Shown here: positions 24,454 to 36,337 of the stretch, in pieces
Layout of the letters: each line of letters opens with the position of its first letter
Numbering within the stretch: the stretch's first letter is position 1
Origin: Spironucleus salmonicida
Taxonomy: Eukaryota
Assembly (NCBI RefSeq): GCF_000497125.1
Contig: NC_090599.1
Coordinates: 868,001-932,000, forward strand
Direction: 5' to 3'
DNA: 64,000 nt
Notes under the pieces: generated by a model
The model's database searches: none
What the model was told of the DNA's origin: nothing
What the model saw: the letters and a program-made list of their open reading frames with translations, nothing else
Program-made: the position numbers and the translations under genes

Positions 24454-26189
24454 AATTGCGAAACTGAAAATATGTTATAAATAGTATATAAATAGGGTTT
24501 AGTGTAAATGAAAAAAAGTTTCAAAACTTTCAAAATGGCATAAGAACTTACTTATAGGAGCACTATGGCTTAAATTAATTTTGTGTTAATAGTGTATATT
24601 TCATTAGGTAAGTTTTAATAGTGCATCATGAAAACGTAGTTATTATATGTTAGTTCAACGCAAGTGTGATTATATTACCATAAGTTTATAATCATATCGT
24701 AAATATTCCAGTATTATCCGTAATATTGCTATATGAATTATTATATGTAGTTATACTGTAATTTATTTTTTAGAATTAATACAGGATGATATATTATTAA
24801 AGGTGTCTTAAATTTCGGATTAACAAAATGAAATTCATAGTCATTAACAAACTTTTGTTATTAGTGCTACCATAAATCCTGAGATATCATTATAGATTTG
24901 CATAGACTTAGTAATTTAAAATTAATCTTAATTAACACAGTATAATCTTTTTACAGCAATGATTTTAACTGTAACATGGTTGTATTCATCCAAATATCTT
25001 TAAAGCTATAATATATAAAAAGGTAGATGTAATATTTATTATTATTCACACATAGTTATTATATTAAATTTTCAAAAATTTGTGTAAATTGTCATTATTT
25101 ACTTTAAAAATAGAGAATGAAATATATAGTTAAGTTACTTAATTTAACGATTTCATTTAATTAATCTACAGAAGTGTAATTTATTTAATCTTAAAATAAT
25201 CTGTATTTTTATGGATATTAAATTATCTTAAATTAATATAAATTTAATGATATTATTTAATCAAATTATCTTTACTTTAATATATTCTTGCTAATTTAAA
25301 TAATTTAAAACATAATTTTATGATAACTTGATTATTATACCAAATTTTATGATTAAGTATGTTAAAGCAATTGCAACATAAAATAGTAAATATATATGAA
25401 TTATAAGCTAATAATTCTATTTTATAAATATTATTGAATTAGTACTATTAATTATTATGTAGTATGTTTTATTATATCCATTAAATTGAATAAATTGATA
25501 TAACTGAAAATATGTACAACATAGGATTAGCATAATTATTATTGTTAGTATCATATATTATATTTGATTTGCTAGTATTGTATACACTATACTTTACTAA
25601 TATTTATATTTATAGATATTATTTAGGAAGATTTTCAGCCTATTTAAAAAAATTAGAAATAACAATTATTGGTAGTTATTACATTCACTATTAAATTGCA
25701 AACTCAAGTTTTAATTAAATTAATTTATCTATTCAGCTATATAGTTATAAATGCTACGATTAATTTGCCATAAAACTCTCAGTATTTCTCATTGATATGA
25801 TGAATGATATTCATATTTATAATTATATAATATTATAGTTAAATAAAATTATGATATCTAACTGCCACACTATTTTTATATATAAGATATAGTAATGTTT
25901 TAACATTATGTTATGCTTTTTTAAAGTATCAAATTTGTTAACATGTTTTAGAAACTCATAATCGCTTTTATGTTAGCCTCATCGCAAAAATTAATCTTTT
26001 TGAATGTTATTTTTAAAGAATTTTTTTAATCCCTTCGTGGCAAATGGTGAACACTCGAACTAATTAAGAATGTTTACATTTTATTATATAAACAGATATA
26101 ATAACAAATATTACTGGTGCTGTATGATTTTTTACATTATGGCAAATTAGATTATTATCTAATACTTCTAACTATTACATATTTACGAA

Positions 26190-26444
26190 ATGAAGCTGTA
26201 TTGGACGTTCGAGCGCGAAGAGTAGCTTGCACTGGCGGTCTAGTAACATGGCAAAAAGTGGTCATTTATCATGAAAGAGGCATTTCCTGATTCTAGTGTA
26301 TCAATTTTAAAAAATAAATGGACAAAAATGTAATAAGAGGGATCTTTAACGATGTACAATCTTAGTAATGCGCGAGAAATGCCAGAATTAAATGATGATG
26401 ATGTACTAGTTAATGAGATAATATAGGTAATCAGAAATTAGTGA
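26190..26444 (+). CDS. Small single-repeat Myb protein, 84 aa; paralog of 9874..10131
   Basis: MKLYWTFEREEQLALAVQQHGKKWSFIMKEAFPDSSVSILKNKWTKMQQEG...; ends TAGTGA. Confidence 0.85.
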
Positions 26445-28094
26445 ACCATGTATATAAAATTACTAATTTTATCTTCGTAGTTATTTATAATGACCTTTAT
26501 GTATAAGTCTACTTTTATAAGGTATACTAAGTAGTTACTTAGGAATATCAAGTCAGATAAGCTTCGATAAAATGCAAATGAATTATTTTGCTTAGACTAC
26601 GATTAGGAAAATAAAGAGTAAAAATTGTGAATTAAATGAATAGATAAGAAATGAATGAATAAGTCATAGTAAGAACGTACATAGATTGTATAATTATAAT
26701 TTATATAAACAAATTCATTTTCATCTAAATAACTATTAATAATATACTACAATATATTAGATTAATAATTATTGATACTTTCGAGAATAAAATATAAGTA
26801 TGATGATGTGTAAGGATATAACATATTACTTTTATTAGCATCACATTATAACCAATTATTGTGATAATATATGAATGCATAATCATAATACTACATAGCT
26901 ATGTTATTAATTAATAATCACTAAAACTTGATATACAAATTGAAGCATAAATCTCAATAAAGATATGGTGAATATCAATGTTAATCTTTAGTATATACAA
27001 GCTTGTGGATAATAATATTTAATAAAATAATAACGTATAGTATTTTATTGGTACTATTAATTATTTACATTCACTAAAAGGAATGAAGTTAATTATACTA
27101 TATATTGATATATTATTTATATTAAGAAAGTTCAACTCTACAATAAATATTTTTTCAATATAAAATCGTTATAATGTTTATAAACAGATCTAAATCCACG
27201 AATATATAGTATAATTATATTATTTCCTAATTTCCGGTTAATCTATAAAAGTATAATAATAAATTAGTGTTAAGATATACTTGTAAGTATACTCTGTAGA
27301 GTTAAATATAAAATTATTTCTTAATAGATATAAAATATAAATTAATAATTTAATCAAATTTGATATATTATTACCAAAACAAAATGTTAATTAATTATCA
27401 GTGACCATTTTACGGCTTTAATTAAGTTAATAAAAGTACTTCTTACCTGAGTTGTTAATTCGTCATTTTAAAGATTATTTCGTTAAAACTAACTTTAATA
27501 AAAATGCTTCTAATCTAGAAAATGATACACACAATTTCAAAATGATAACTTATAGTAAACTAATTTTTTTTAATATAATAGATATTTAAATGTATACAAA
27601 ATAGTTTTATCGACATGATTTTTATTATATTCTCTAAGGATTATTATTTTTTCATAAGGTTAGTATTGAATATAATTGAGTATTATAATTATTATTTTCC
27701 TCGTATATACTTACTGATCAAACCTAAATATGAATAAAATCGATTAAATAATTATATATAGTAAGTTTAACATAGGATAAAATGTAGTAATAAAATTAAT
27801 AATTATAAAGCACTGGCATATTAGATGTTATCATTTAGTTAATATTACTAGCATTAACAAAAAATATAAGTCAATATTCATAGTTTATATCTATTTAACT
27901 TTTCCATTAATTGAGATAAGTTTAAGTAGTTTTATAATCTATTTTAGCAATATTATTTAGCAAAAATAAGCATAAATTTGTTCATGATAGACATGTGATG
28001 TTGGGTTTAATTTTTCTATTAATAATGAATTTTATGTAATCGGCGAATATGTAGACTCAACCTGTAACCCTCCAGCCAGAAACATGTTAAAATA

Positions 28095-28757
28095 ATGGAC
28101 TTCGCAGTCCGCGTCGACAGCAACGTGTCCCCAGAACCCCAACCCCAGATGGATATCGCACCCCCTGCAGTTCCCAACCCGAACTTCCGCGTCGAGGAGC
28201 ATCCTAGCATCCCGGAACAGCCTCTCGCATCGAAGCAGAAACCGAAGCAGGCGCGCCCCGGCTTCTTGGCGGACCGCACGCAGGAGAACGAGCAGCTCTT
28301 TGGGGATGTGTTCGCGGAGCGCTGGTTCCAGTTCAGCGACAACCTGCCGCTGCGCTCCCAGGGCGCCCAGGTGTACGTGCTGGTGGCGACCATCGCGGCG
28401 CTGCTCTTTGCCATCGCCGCCCAGCTCGCGGTCCTGACGCTGCCAGCAGGCCCCACGGCCACGATCCGGGCGGTGTTCCTGGGTGCTGCCGGGGCGGCCT
28501 TCCTCCTCGGGCTGTGCAGGCTCGGCGCGGTGCAGCAGCTGCTCTTCGCCCACTGCAAGATGCTACTCTCGCGCCTCGCCGCCAACGTGTTCCTCGTCCT
28601 TGCGGCGCAGGTGCACGGCTTCGACTTCAGCACGCTGGCGGCTGCTTCCCTCGCCGGGAACGCCCTCAACGCGGTCGCCTGCGCACTGGGGGTCGTGAAC
28701 CTGTTCGTGCTCCTGGCTGCATGGCTGCGGCTGTACCTGCGCGTGGTCGGCGTCTGA
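28095..28757 (+). CDS. Four-TM membrane protein, 220 aa (cassette gene A, full copy)
   Basis: Near-identical to 14503..15165. Confidence 0.75.
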   Translation: MDFAVRVDSNVSPEPQPQMDIAPPAVPNPNFRVEEHPSIPEQPLASKQKPKQARPGFLADRTQENEQLFGDVFAERWFQFSDNLPLRSQGAQVYVLVATIAALLFAIAAQLAVLTLPAGPTATIRAVFLGAAGAAFLLGLCRLGAVQQLLFAHCKMLLSRLAANVFLVLAAQVHGFDFSTLAAASLAGNALNAVACALGVVNLFVLLAAWLRLYLRVVGV

Positions 28758-28770
28758 GGCCCCTTCCAAA

Positions 28771-29511
28771 ATGCGAAGCGCTCTGGCCTTCCTGCGGCCC
28801 TTCGTCAGCGGCAGCCGGTCCCGCCGCGTCCTCGCCCGGCTGGAGTCCCAGGACGTCGAGGACCCGGCCATGCTGTTCGGGCTGTTCGGGCTCCTGGGGC
28901 ACGCGAGCGCCCCCGCGGTGCTCTACCTGGCCTGCCTGCTGCCCCACCCTCCGCGCCACGTGGACCTGCCCGGCATCCGCAGGGCGTACCGGGCCCATGC
29001 CGCGGCTGCACTCGCCTGCATGGCCACGCCCGTGCTGCTCGCGCGCTCCCCGCCTGCCGTCCGCGCCCCAGCGCCCCTCCGGCGGGCGTTCCAGGCGTAC
29101 GCGCGCGACGAGTTCCTGGCGCTTCTGCCCCTCCTGCACGCCCAGTTCGCCGCTCTCCGCGTCGCCACCGCCGCGCTGGGGCCTGCCGACTTCGACCTGC
29201 TGGTGCGGGGCCGCGCGAGCGAGGACGGCGAGTACCCGGAGCGCTGCTTCTTCGACTGCAGCCTCCTCCAGTGCGCCGCGGACCGACTCGCCACCCTCTG
29301 CGGCTGCCCCGGCGCGCTGACGGACGACCTGGACACGGCCGAGTTCAAGGGCCGCCGCCCCCGGGCACTCCTTGGCGCGCGCTCCGTGTGGGCGCTGGCG
29401 GAGGTGCTGGGCGCCTGGCCGCTGCCCGCGCTGGGGGTGACGAGCACGCTCGGGGAGGCGGACCTGGGGCTCGAGCTCGCGCGGCTGCAGGCCTGGGACC
29501 GCGGGGCGTGA
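28771..29511 (+). CDS. Hypothetical protein, 246 aa (gene B, copy 2)
   Basis: One amino-acid difference (T/M) from 21500..22240. Confidence 0.7.
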   Translation: MRSALAFLRPFVSGSRSRRVLARLESQDVEDPAMLFGLFGLLGHASAPAVLYLACLLPHPPRHVDLPGIRRAYRAHAAAALACMATPVLLARSPPAVRAPAPLRRAFQAYARDEFLALLPLLHAQFAALRVATAALGPADFDLLVRGRASEDGEYPERCFFDCSLLQCAADRLATLCGCPGALTDDLDTAEFKGRRPRALLGARSVWALAEVLGAWPLPALGVTSTLGEADLGLELARLQAWDRGA

Positions 29512-29521
29512 GGAAGGCGGC

Positions 29522-30400
29522 TCACTCGCTGGACAGCTGCTGCACCAGCTCCGCCTCGCTCAGCATGGCGAACTCCCCGGAGGCCAGCTGCGCGAGCACG
29601 GCCCCCACCTCGCCGCGCAGCACCGCGTACTGCTGAGCCGCGCCGCGGATGAGCACGGCCGCCCCGCCCTGGAGCGCGTTGAAGCGGTTGCAGTAGTCGG
29701 GCACGCGCGAGCAGTCCGCGTAGAGCACCCGCTCGTATCCCCGGGCGTACACGGCGTCCAGCGCGGCGGCGTGCGCACCGAAGTCGGGCAGCAGCAGCAC
29801 GGTGGCCTCGCCCCCGGCCAGCAGCGCGGAGAGCCCCCTCCCGTCGGCGCGGGGCAGGGCCGAGTTGGTCCGGGAGGCCAGGAAGCGCGCGACGTGGCCC
29901 ATGTCGCAGGGCCCCTCGTAGGCGAAGTCCCGGCCGTCCAGGTTGGCGGAGAGCGCGAAGGCGGCGTCCTCGGCGAAGACGAACACGGCGGCGAGCTTGA
30001 AGCGGTTGAGCTGGGCCTGGAAGTCGGCGCGCACCGAGGCGGGGCCGCGGACCGAGAAGACCGTGTGGAGGCGCAGCTGCGCGCGGAGCTCGTGGCAGAG
30101 GTCCGTGCAGAACATGTCCTGGAACCACATCGCGGCGTACTTCGCGGCCGCCTTCTCGCGGGGGACGGGCTGGAAGTGGCCGCTCTGCAGAATCACGTAC
30201 TGGGACGCACCGGCTCCGGGGATGCCCCCGCAGAAGGCCGCCTCCAGACCGCAGTCCACCGCGCCGCAGGGCACGTCCACCTGCGCGCAGACGCCGTCCA
30301 GCAGCTCCAGCATCGGGTCGTCCGGCGCGGCGAGCAGCAGCAGGGCCTCGGAGGGCAGGGCGGCGGCGGCGAACACGGTGTGCGCGAGAACCCGTAACAT
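29522..30400 (-). CDS. Putative redox-inactive PDI-like protein (gene C, copy 2)
   Basis: Same protein as 20611..21489. Confidence 0.6.
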   Translation of the reverse strand: MLRVLAHTVFAAAALPSEALLLLAAPDDPMLELLDGVCAQVDVPCGAVDCGLEAAFCGGIPGAGASQYVILQSGHFQPVPREKAAAKYAAMWFQDMFCTDLCHELRAQLRLHTVFSVRGPASVRADFQAQLNRFKLAAVFVFAEDAAFALSANLDGRDFAYEGPCDMGHVARFLASRTNSALPRADGRGLSALLAGGEATVLLLPDFGAHAAALDAVYARGYERVLYADCSRVPDYCNRFNALQGGAAVLIRGAAQQYAVLRGEVGAVLAQLASGEFAMLSEAELVQQLSSE

Positions 30401-31333
30401 GGGGAGCGGGCCGCGTAGACCGGGCTCTACTCGGGCCGCAGAAAAAACGGGGAGCGGTGGGCAGACCCGCATGCAAAGTGCCCGATGCCAGCTGGCTGGT
30501 GATTATCTTGAGGTTTCCCGTCCAAGTTCCGTTCCCTATGCCGCTGCGCCAAGCCGAGGGTCCCGCCGCGGTGCCTTTGGCCGGCATGCGAGTCGGAGGG
30601 AAGAATTACCTTCTCTGGCCGCGCCGGAGGTAGCAAAATTCCACCAACGGCAACTCTATTTCCCCATGCTGGTGTGCAGCTGGCCCATAGTTACGTGTTT
30701 CCTGTGCTTTGGCCAGGCTAGGGGATTGCGCTGGGTGGCTTCGGAGTATGCGGCTGCTTGCTATCCTGGCACCCGGTTACACCCTGTTCGTATGCCCGGT
30801 GCCGCAAAGCGCTCGTGCGGTTATGGAGCTGGCAGCCGGGAGCTGGGTGAGGAGTCATGCCAGCGAGGGTGCTGGCTCAGGCTTTCCGTCAGAATCCATA
30901 GCTGCTAGACAGAATCCTACCAAATAGCTGGCAATCATTAGTTGGTTTGCAGAGTCGCACAGCCAATAGATACATGCCAACCATATACGCTAGGTTCGTT
31001 CAGTTAACTGAGGAATACGCAATGTTGATTATATTCTGTATAAATATATTGGTGCTTGGTATTTATTAGAAAATGCAACTAGTAATATGCTACGATATTT
31101 TTAACGTTGCATTAAATATTATATTTAGTAATAATACATTCCTGCATGCATCTATGAATATCCGCATTTCTATTTTTAGCAGTGTTACTATCATATCAAC
31201 TGCCTATCCACTCTTTATTCTATACGCTCCCCTCTACTCACCGCTCTACTCGGGCCGCAGAAAAAGCGGGGAGCGGTAAGCAGAAACCGCACTCGGGCCG
31301 CCCGCAGCGATATTTCGCCCGCCCCACTCCGCA

Positions 31334-31915
31334 ATGAACTTCGACTATCCATCCAAGGTCTCCTTCGCGGACCTCTCCTTCGGCCTCGACCTCGACCTCG
31401 GCCAGGAGTACTCGGTGCCCCTGCTGTTCACGCCCGCGGACTTCGAGACCGGCACGCTGAGCGCCACGCCCTCGGCCCGCGCGGACGTGTCCTCCAGCTT
31501 CGCGGCCTCCGAGGCGTCCGACAGCCCCCGCCGCACCCGCCGCGCGCAGAGCGAGTGGGCGCCCGAGGAGGACAGCCTGCTGCGGCGGCTCGCGGCGTGC
31601 CCGGAGCGCGGCACCTGGCCGCACATCGCGCGGGCGATCCACCGGCAGGTCCCGGGCGCGCCGGTGCGGTCCCCCGCGCAGTGCAGCCAGCGCTGGGCCC
31701 GCGTGGCGAACCCCGCGATCCGCAAGGGCAAGTGGAGCCCCGCGGAGGACGCCCAGCTCGTGGCGGCGATCGTCGGGTCCCCGCCGCGCAGGTGGCGGCT
31801 GATCGCGGACAAGGTGCAGGGCCGCACGGACATCCAGGTGCGGTACCGCCTGCAGGCCATCGGCGAGGGGCTGGTGCGCCAGCGGCTGATCGGGCGCGAG
31901 TGCCTGCCCGAGTGA
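31334..31915 (+). CDS. Two-repeat Myb transcription factor, copy 2 of 5
   Basis: Near-identical to 19149..19730. Confidence 0.93.
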   Translation: MNFDYPSKVSFADLSFGLDLDLGQEYSVPLLFTPADFETGTLSATPSARADVSSSFAASEASDSPRRTRRAQSEWAPEEDSLLRRLAACPERGTWPHIARAIHRQVPGAPVRSPAQCSQRWARVANPAIRKGKWSPAEDAQLVAAIVGSPPRRWRLIADKVQGRTDIQVRYRLQAIGEGLVRQRLIGRECLPE

Positions 31916-31990
31916 GCGGTTTTGCAATTCGGCTGGTGCCAGTTTTTAGCCTCTCCGGGAGGCCCAGGGCACAGTGGTGGCGAACCCGGC

Positions 31991-32812
31991 TCACTCCCGC
32001 CCCTCGAGCCGCTTGCTGTACGGGCTCGCCTCTGCCGGAGGGTGGCTCGGGGCAGCGCCACCGACCGTCTGGGCGAGCTGGGCCTGGTACCGCAGGACGC
32101 TCTGCCGCCGGCCCCCAGCGCGGTGGGCCTACACTCGGATGTCCTGCAGCGTCTGCGCGTGCCGCCCCGGGGACACCGGGCCCGCGTCCATGATCGCCTT
32201 CAGGTCCTTGTACGGGGACGGCGGGTTGCTCAGGATACCCGCGGGGGCGCGTGGCCGGAGAACAGGCGGCGGCGTCGGGACCTGCCTGGCGACGGGCTGC
32301 GTGCGCTCCGTGTGGGCCGGGTACAGTCTGTCGGTGAGCTGCTGCTGCCTTCGCGCGGACTGCGTTTTCGCGGTAGAATGCGCGAGCCCCACCTCCTGCA
32401 GGCTGATCTTGAAGCCGCTGAAGAGCACGCTCTGGGGCTTCTGCTTCGGAATCTGCACGGAGCGCTCTAGCTGGAAGGTGACGGGTTTGCCGCGCGAGGC
32501 CGGCTGCACGTTGATCATCTGCTGGATCGCGAGGATCTCCTCGCAGTCCCGGACGCGCCTCGCGGTCTCTGACTGGATGGCGGCGTCGGACACCATGTCG
32601 TTGAAGACAATCGAGCACGTCTCCCAGTCCTCCTCGAACCTTGGGAGGTAAACCGCTAGCTCGGCGTCGACCTGCTGGAGGAGCGCCTCGAGCTGGCGCA
32701 GCCGCCGCATGCGCCGGATGCAGTCCTGCTCTTCGAGGTAGGACACGTTGCGCGACAGCTCCTGGATGTACACCTCGGAGTCCGAGCTGTCGAGCAGCGA
32801 GACGAATGCCAT
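31991..32812 (-). CDS. Hypothetical protein, 273 aa (gene D, copy 2)
   Basis: Inverted copy of 18252..19073. Confidence 0.75.
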
Positions 32813-32901
32813 TTTTGGAAACGCCAATTAGTCGCGTTGTTCGCAATCGTATTATATTCCACAACCCCAGAAAGAAACCCCTCCCTCAGCACAAATTACC
32901 A

Positions 32902-34704
32902 TCACTTCCACGGCTCGCTCTGGCGCTTCCTCGCGCTGCACTTCACCGCGACGACGACGACCACCAGCAGGGCCCCGCAGAGCACCGCCAGCGCGATCCC
33001 CGCGATCTCCATCCCCGCGCCAGACTTCACCACCGCTCCGGCCCCGGCCCCGGCCCCGTCCGGCAGGCACTTGCCCGCGAAGTTCCGCAGGACGCCGTCC
33101 TGGCACTTCCCGCAGTTCCAGCCCTCGTACAGGGCGTCGCACTGGCAGATGTCGTCCTGGCACCGCCCGTGCCCGTCGCACTGCCTGCCCAGCCCGCAGC
33201 TGTTGCTGACGCACCTCGCGCCGTCGAAGCGGGCGCCGGTGGGGCATACCTCGCAGTTGGTGCCCCCGTGGCCCGGCAAGCAGTTGCAGAGCCCCAGCTG
33301 GCAGTAGCCGTTGCCGTTGCAGTGCGCCTCGCCCAAGCACGTGCTCGCCATGCAGACGCCGGTGTGCAGCTCGTGCCCCGCTGCGCAGCCCTCGCAGTTC
33401 TTGCCGGCGAAGTGGCCCGTGCAGACGCACTCGCTTCTGTCGTTGCATTTGCCCCTAAAGCTGCAGAACTTCGCCGAGTCGCCCGCGCAGTCCGGCACAC
33501 AGCCCTGTTGGGCATCATAGCGGTAGTTCTCATTGCTGCAATGGCAGGAAAACCCGTCCGCGCCCAGGATGCACACGTCCTGGTACGAATTGCAGTTTCT
33601 GCAGCCATCGGCAACGCATTTTCCACTCCCCTTGTCTAGCTTCCCCCCGTCTGGGCAGGTGCACTGAAAAGACTTCCCATCGAACACGCACGCGAAGTCA
33701 GGGTGTACAGCTGCGCAGTCTTCCACGCAGGAGCTCTGCGCGCAGCCGGTCTTAGAGGGGTTTATGCGCTGCCCGTCTGGGCATTTTTGGCACTCGAACT
33801 TTTTGGCGGAGTAGGAATACCCGCAAAACTCGTCTTCGGTACATCCAGCACAGCTCGTCAGGCACCTATCGGACTGGAAGCTCGTGCCCTCGGGGCAGTC
33901 CTGGCACTCAAACGCGGTCCCGCTTGCATTCACCTTGCAGAGCTGTTTGCTTCTGGTGCAGTCGTAGCATATGTCCTTATTCAGGCAAATCTTCTTGTCG
34001 TCAGAAAGCTGCTCGCCGTACTTGCACACGCACTGGAATTTGCCATCCTGGAGGCTGCACGATATGCTGTTCACGACGATGTCGGGGCACTCCTCGCTGG
34101 AGCTGCAGAGGGCCTCGTAGCAGCGTCCATAGTCGCTTTTGAAGCCATTCTGGCACACCTTGCATCTGGACCCGTCGCAAATCAGGCAGTTCTGAACGGC
34201 CGAGCAGCTGGTAGCCGGCCCGCATCCGCCGCTGACGACGGCCATCTCCGGCGCGCAGGCAGCGCAGACGTTATTTTCGCAGCGCTGGCAGCCGAAAATC
34301 GTATCGCAGGGGGGAGCAGTGGTACATGCAGTGCTGTCGTCGCTCCGAACGGTGCCGCTCGGGCATGCCTAGCAGGCGCCCTCCGGGGTGCAGACTTCGC
34401 CCCTTGCCGCGCAAACTTCGCAGGAAGCCTTGTTAAAGCAGTACAGCCGGTCGTCCGAGCTCGGCATGTTGTCTGCGCAGTACCGGCAGGTGGTCGACGC
34501 GGAAAGCGAGCTCTCGCTCACCACCTGCACGCAGTGTGTATTCGGCGGACATGTGGTGCACTGGCTTGCCGATATGCATGTCTGCTTGTCGAACGAGGAG
34601 ATCTGGCCGGAGCTGCAAGGCGTGCACGAGAGTTCGCCGTTCATGCTGGTGCATCTTTCCAGCCTCGTGCAACTTGCGCATACAGTGTTGTCAAGGCACT
34701 GCAT
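32902..34704 (-). CDS. Cysteine-rich membrane protein, copy 2; 5'-truncated relative to copy 1 (600 aa from nearest in-frame ATG; possibly silent)
   Basis: Homology to copy 1 stops at 34721; lacks the first ~63 codons; upstream ATG34762 is out of frame. Confidence 0.75.
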
Positions 34705-35453
34705 CCCGTCTTCGGAGGGCGCCACTTCGCCAAATTTGCAGAAACAGCGCAGGAAATGCCATTATTATATAGTGAATGAACGTAATTCGGGAGGTGTGGA
34801 GCGGGAGCGGTGTTAAAAATGCAGCGGTAGGGCTGAAAAGGCGTTTTGCGGGTTTGCGCGCAAGGGGCTCAAAACGCAATGATCAGCGCCTAGTTTTGGA
34901 AGGTAAATGCGCAGAGGATCAAAAATGGGTAGTACAGAGGAGATTAAATTGCGGGTTTGGTAGAATATAGCGTAGCGTGGCTAGGGCGCAATTTTGGGTT
35001 GGGCCTATTTGGATCCATTTTGGGATATTGATTAATACTGAGAATAATATAATATATTTATTATTATATAATAATAGGTATTTTTAGAAACAAAAATGAC
35101 GTTGATTGTGAATGGTGGTGAATAGATGAATCTGTGATAGGATTTTAGTTAAATCAACCATATCAATTTTATATCTAATATTAGTTATGATATGTTTCTT
35201 TTATAATACTATATGATTGAATTTTGGTTACTAAGGCATATGTTATGAATAAATTTTTTAATATTTCATAGTGCAATAGATCAACGGTGCTTCTATACAA
35301 TTCACTAGCTGCTTAAGAGGATATAAAATGATAAATTAATCACAAATTAAAAGAATTATACAAAAATTGTTTTTTAGATGATGAAGTCTGAAATAAATAT
35401 GAAATATTTTATTATGCCGGTTACAAAATGATAACATATTAACAACTAGCAGC

Positions 35454-35680
35454 CCCCGTACAAGGACCTGAAGGCGATCATGGACGCGGGCCCGGTGTCC
35501 CCGGGGCGGCACGCGCAGACGCTGCAGGACATCCGAGTGTAGGCCCACCGCGCTGGGGGCCGGCGGCAGAGCGTCCTGCGGTACCAGGCCCAGCTCGCCC
35601 AGACGGTCGGTGGCGCTGCCCCGAGCCACCCTCCGGCAGAGGCGAGCCCGTACAGCAAGCGGCTCGAGGGGCGGGAGTGA
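35454..35680 (+). pseudogene. 3' fragment of gene D
   Basis: Starts abruptly at PYKDLKAIM after AT-rich unique DNA. Confidence 0.7.
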
Positions 35681-35755
35681 GCCGGGTTCGCCACCACTGT
35701 GCCCTGGGCCTCCCGGAGAGGCTAAAAACTGGCACCAGCCGAATTGCAAAACCGC

Positions 35756-36337
35756 TCACTCGGGCAGGCACTCGCGCCCGATCAGCCGCTGGCGCACCAG
35801 CCCCTCGCCGATGGCCTGCAGGCGGTACCGCACCTGGATGTCCGTGCGGCCCTGCACCTTGTCCGCGATCAGCCGCCACCTGCGCGGCGGGGACCCGACG
35901 ATCGCCGCCACGAGCTGGGCGTCCTCCGCGGGGCTCCACTTGCCCTTGCGGATCGCGGGGTTCGCCACGCGGGCCCAGCGCTGGCTGCACTGCGCGGGGG
36001 ACCGCACCGGCGCGCCCGGGACCTGCCGGTGGATCGCCCGCGCGATGTGCGGCCAGGTGCCGCGCTCCGGGCACGCCGCGAGCCGCCGCAGCAGGCTGTC
36101 CTCCTCGGGCGCCCACTCGCTCTGCGCGCGGCGGGTGCGGCGGGGGCTGTCGGACGCCTCGGAGGCCGCGAAGCTGGAGGAAACGTCCGCGCGGGCCGAG
36201 GGCGTGGCGCTCAGCGTGCCGGTCTCGAAGTCCGCGGGCGTGAACAGCAGGGGCGCCGAGTACTCCTGGCCGAGGTCGAGGTCGAGGCCGAAGGAGAGGT
36301 CCGCGAAGGAGACCTTGGATGGATAGTCGAAGTTCAT
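35756..36337 (-). CDS. Two-repeat Myb transcription factor, copy 3 of 5
   Basis: Near-identical to the other copies. Confidence 0.93.
   Translation of the reverse strand: MNFDYPSKVSFADLSFGLDLDLGQEYSAPLLFTPADFETGTLSATPSARADVSSSFAASEASDSPRRTRRAQSEWAPEEDSLLRRLAACPERGTWPHIARAIHRQVPGAPVRSPAQCSQRWARVANPAIRKGKWSPAEDAQLVAAIVGSPPRRWRLIADKVQGRTDIQVRYRLQAIGEGLVRQRLIGRECLPE

Larger units (their letters stand above)
28340..34721. repeat. IR-A right arm; 29469..32217 is also the left arm of IR-B
   Basis: Reverse complement of 16347..22635; homology to the solo gene A copy (14481..15170) extends out to 28090. Confidence 0.95.

Noticed and set aside
26028-26075. GTGGCAAATGGT resembling a tRNA A-box
   Set aside because: No T-arm or cloverleaf could be built
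28095-28757. Gene A as a SCAMP-family protein
   Set aside because: Pro-rich N-terminus plus 4 TMs is suggestive, but NPF repeats and the conserved E-peptide are not recognisable
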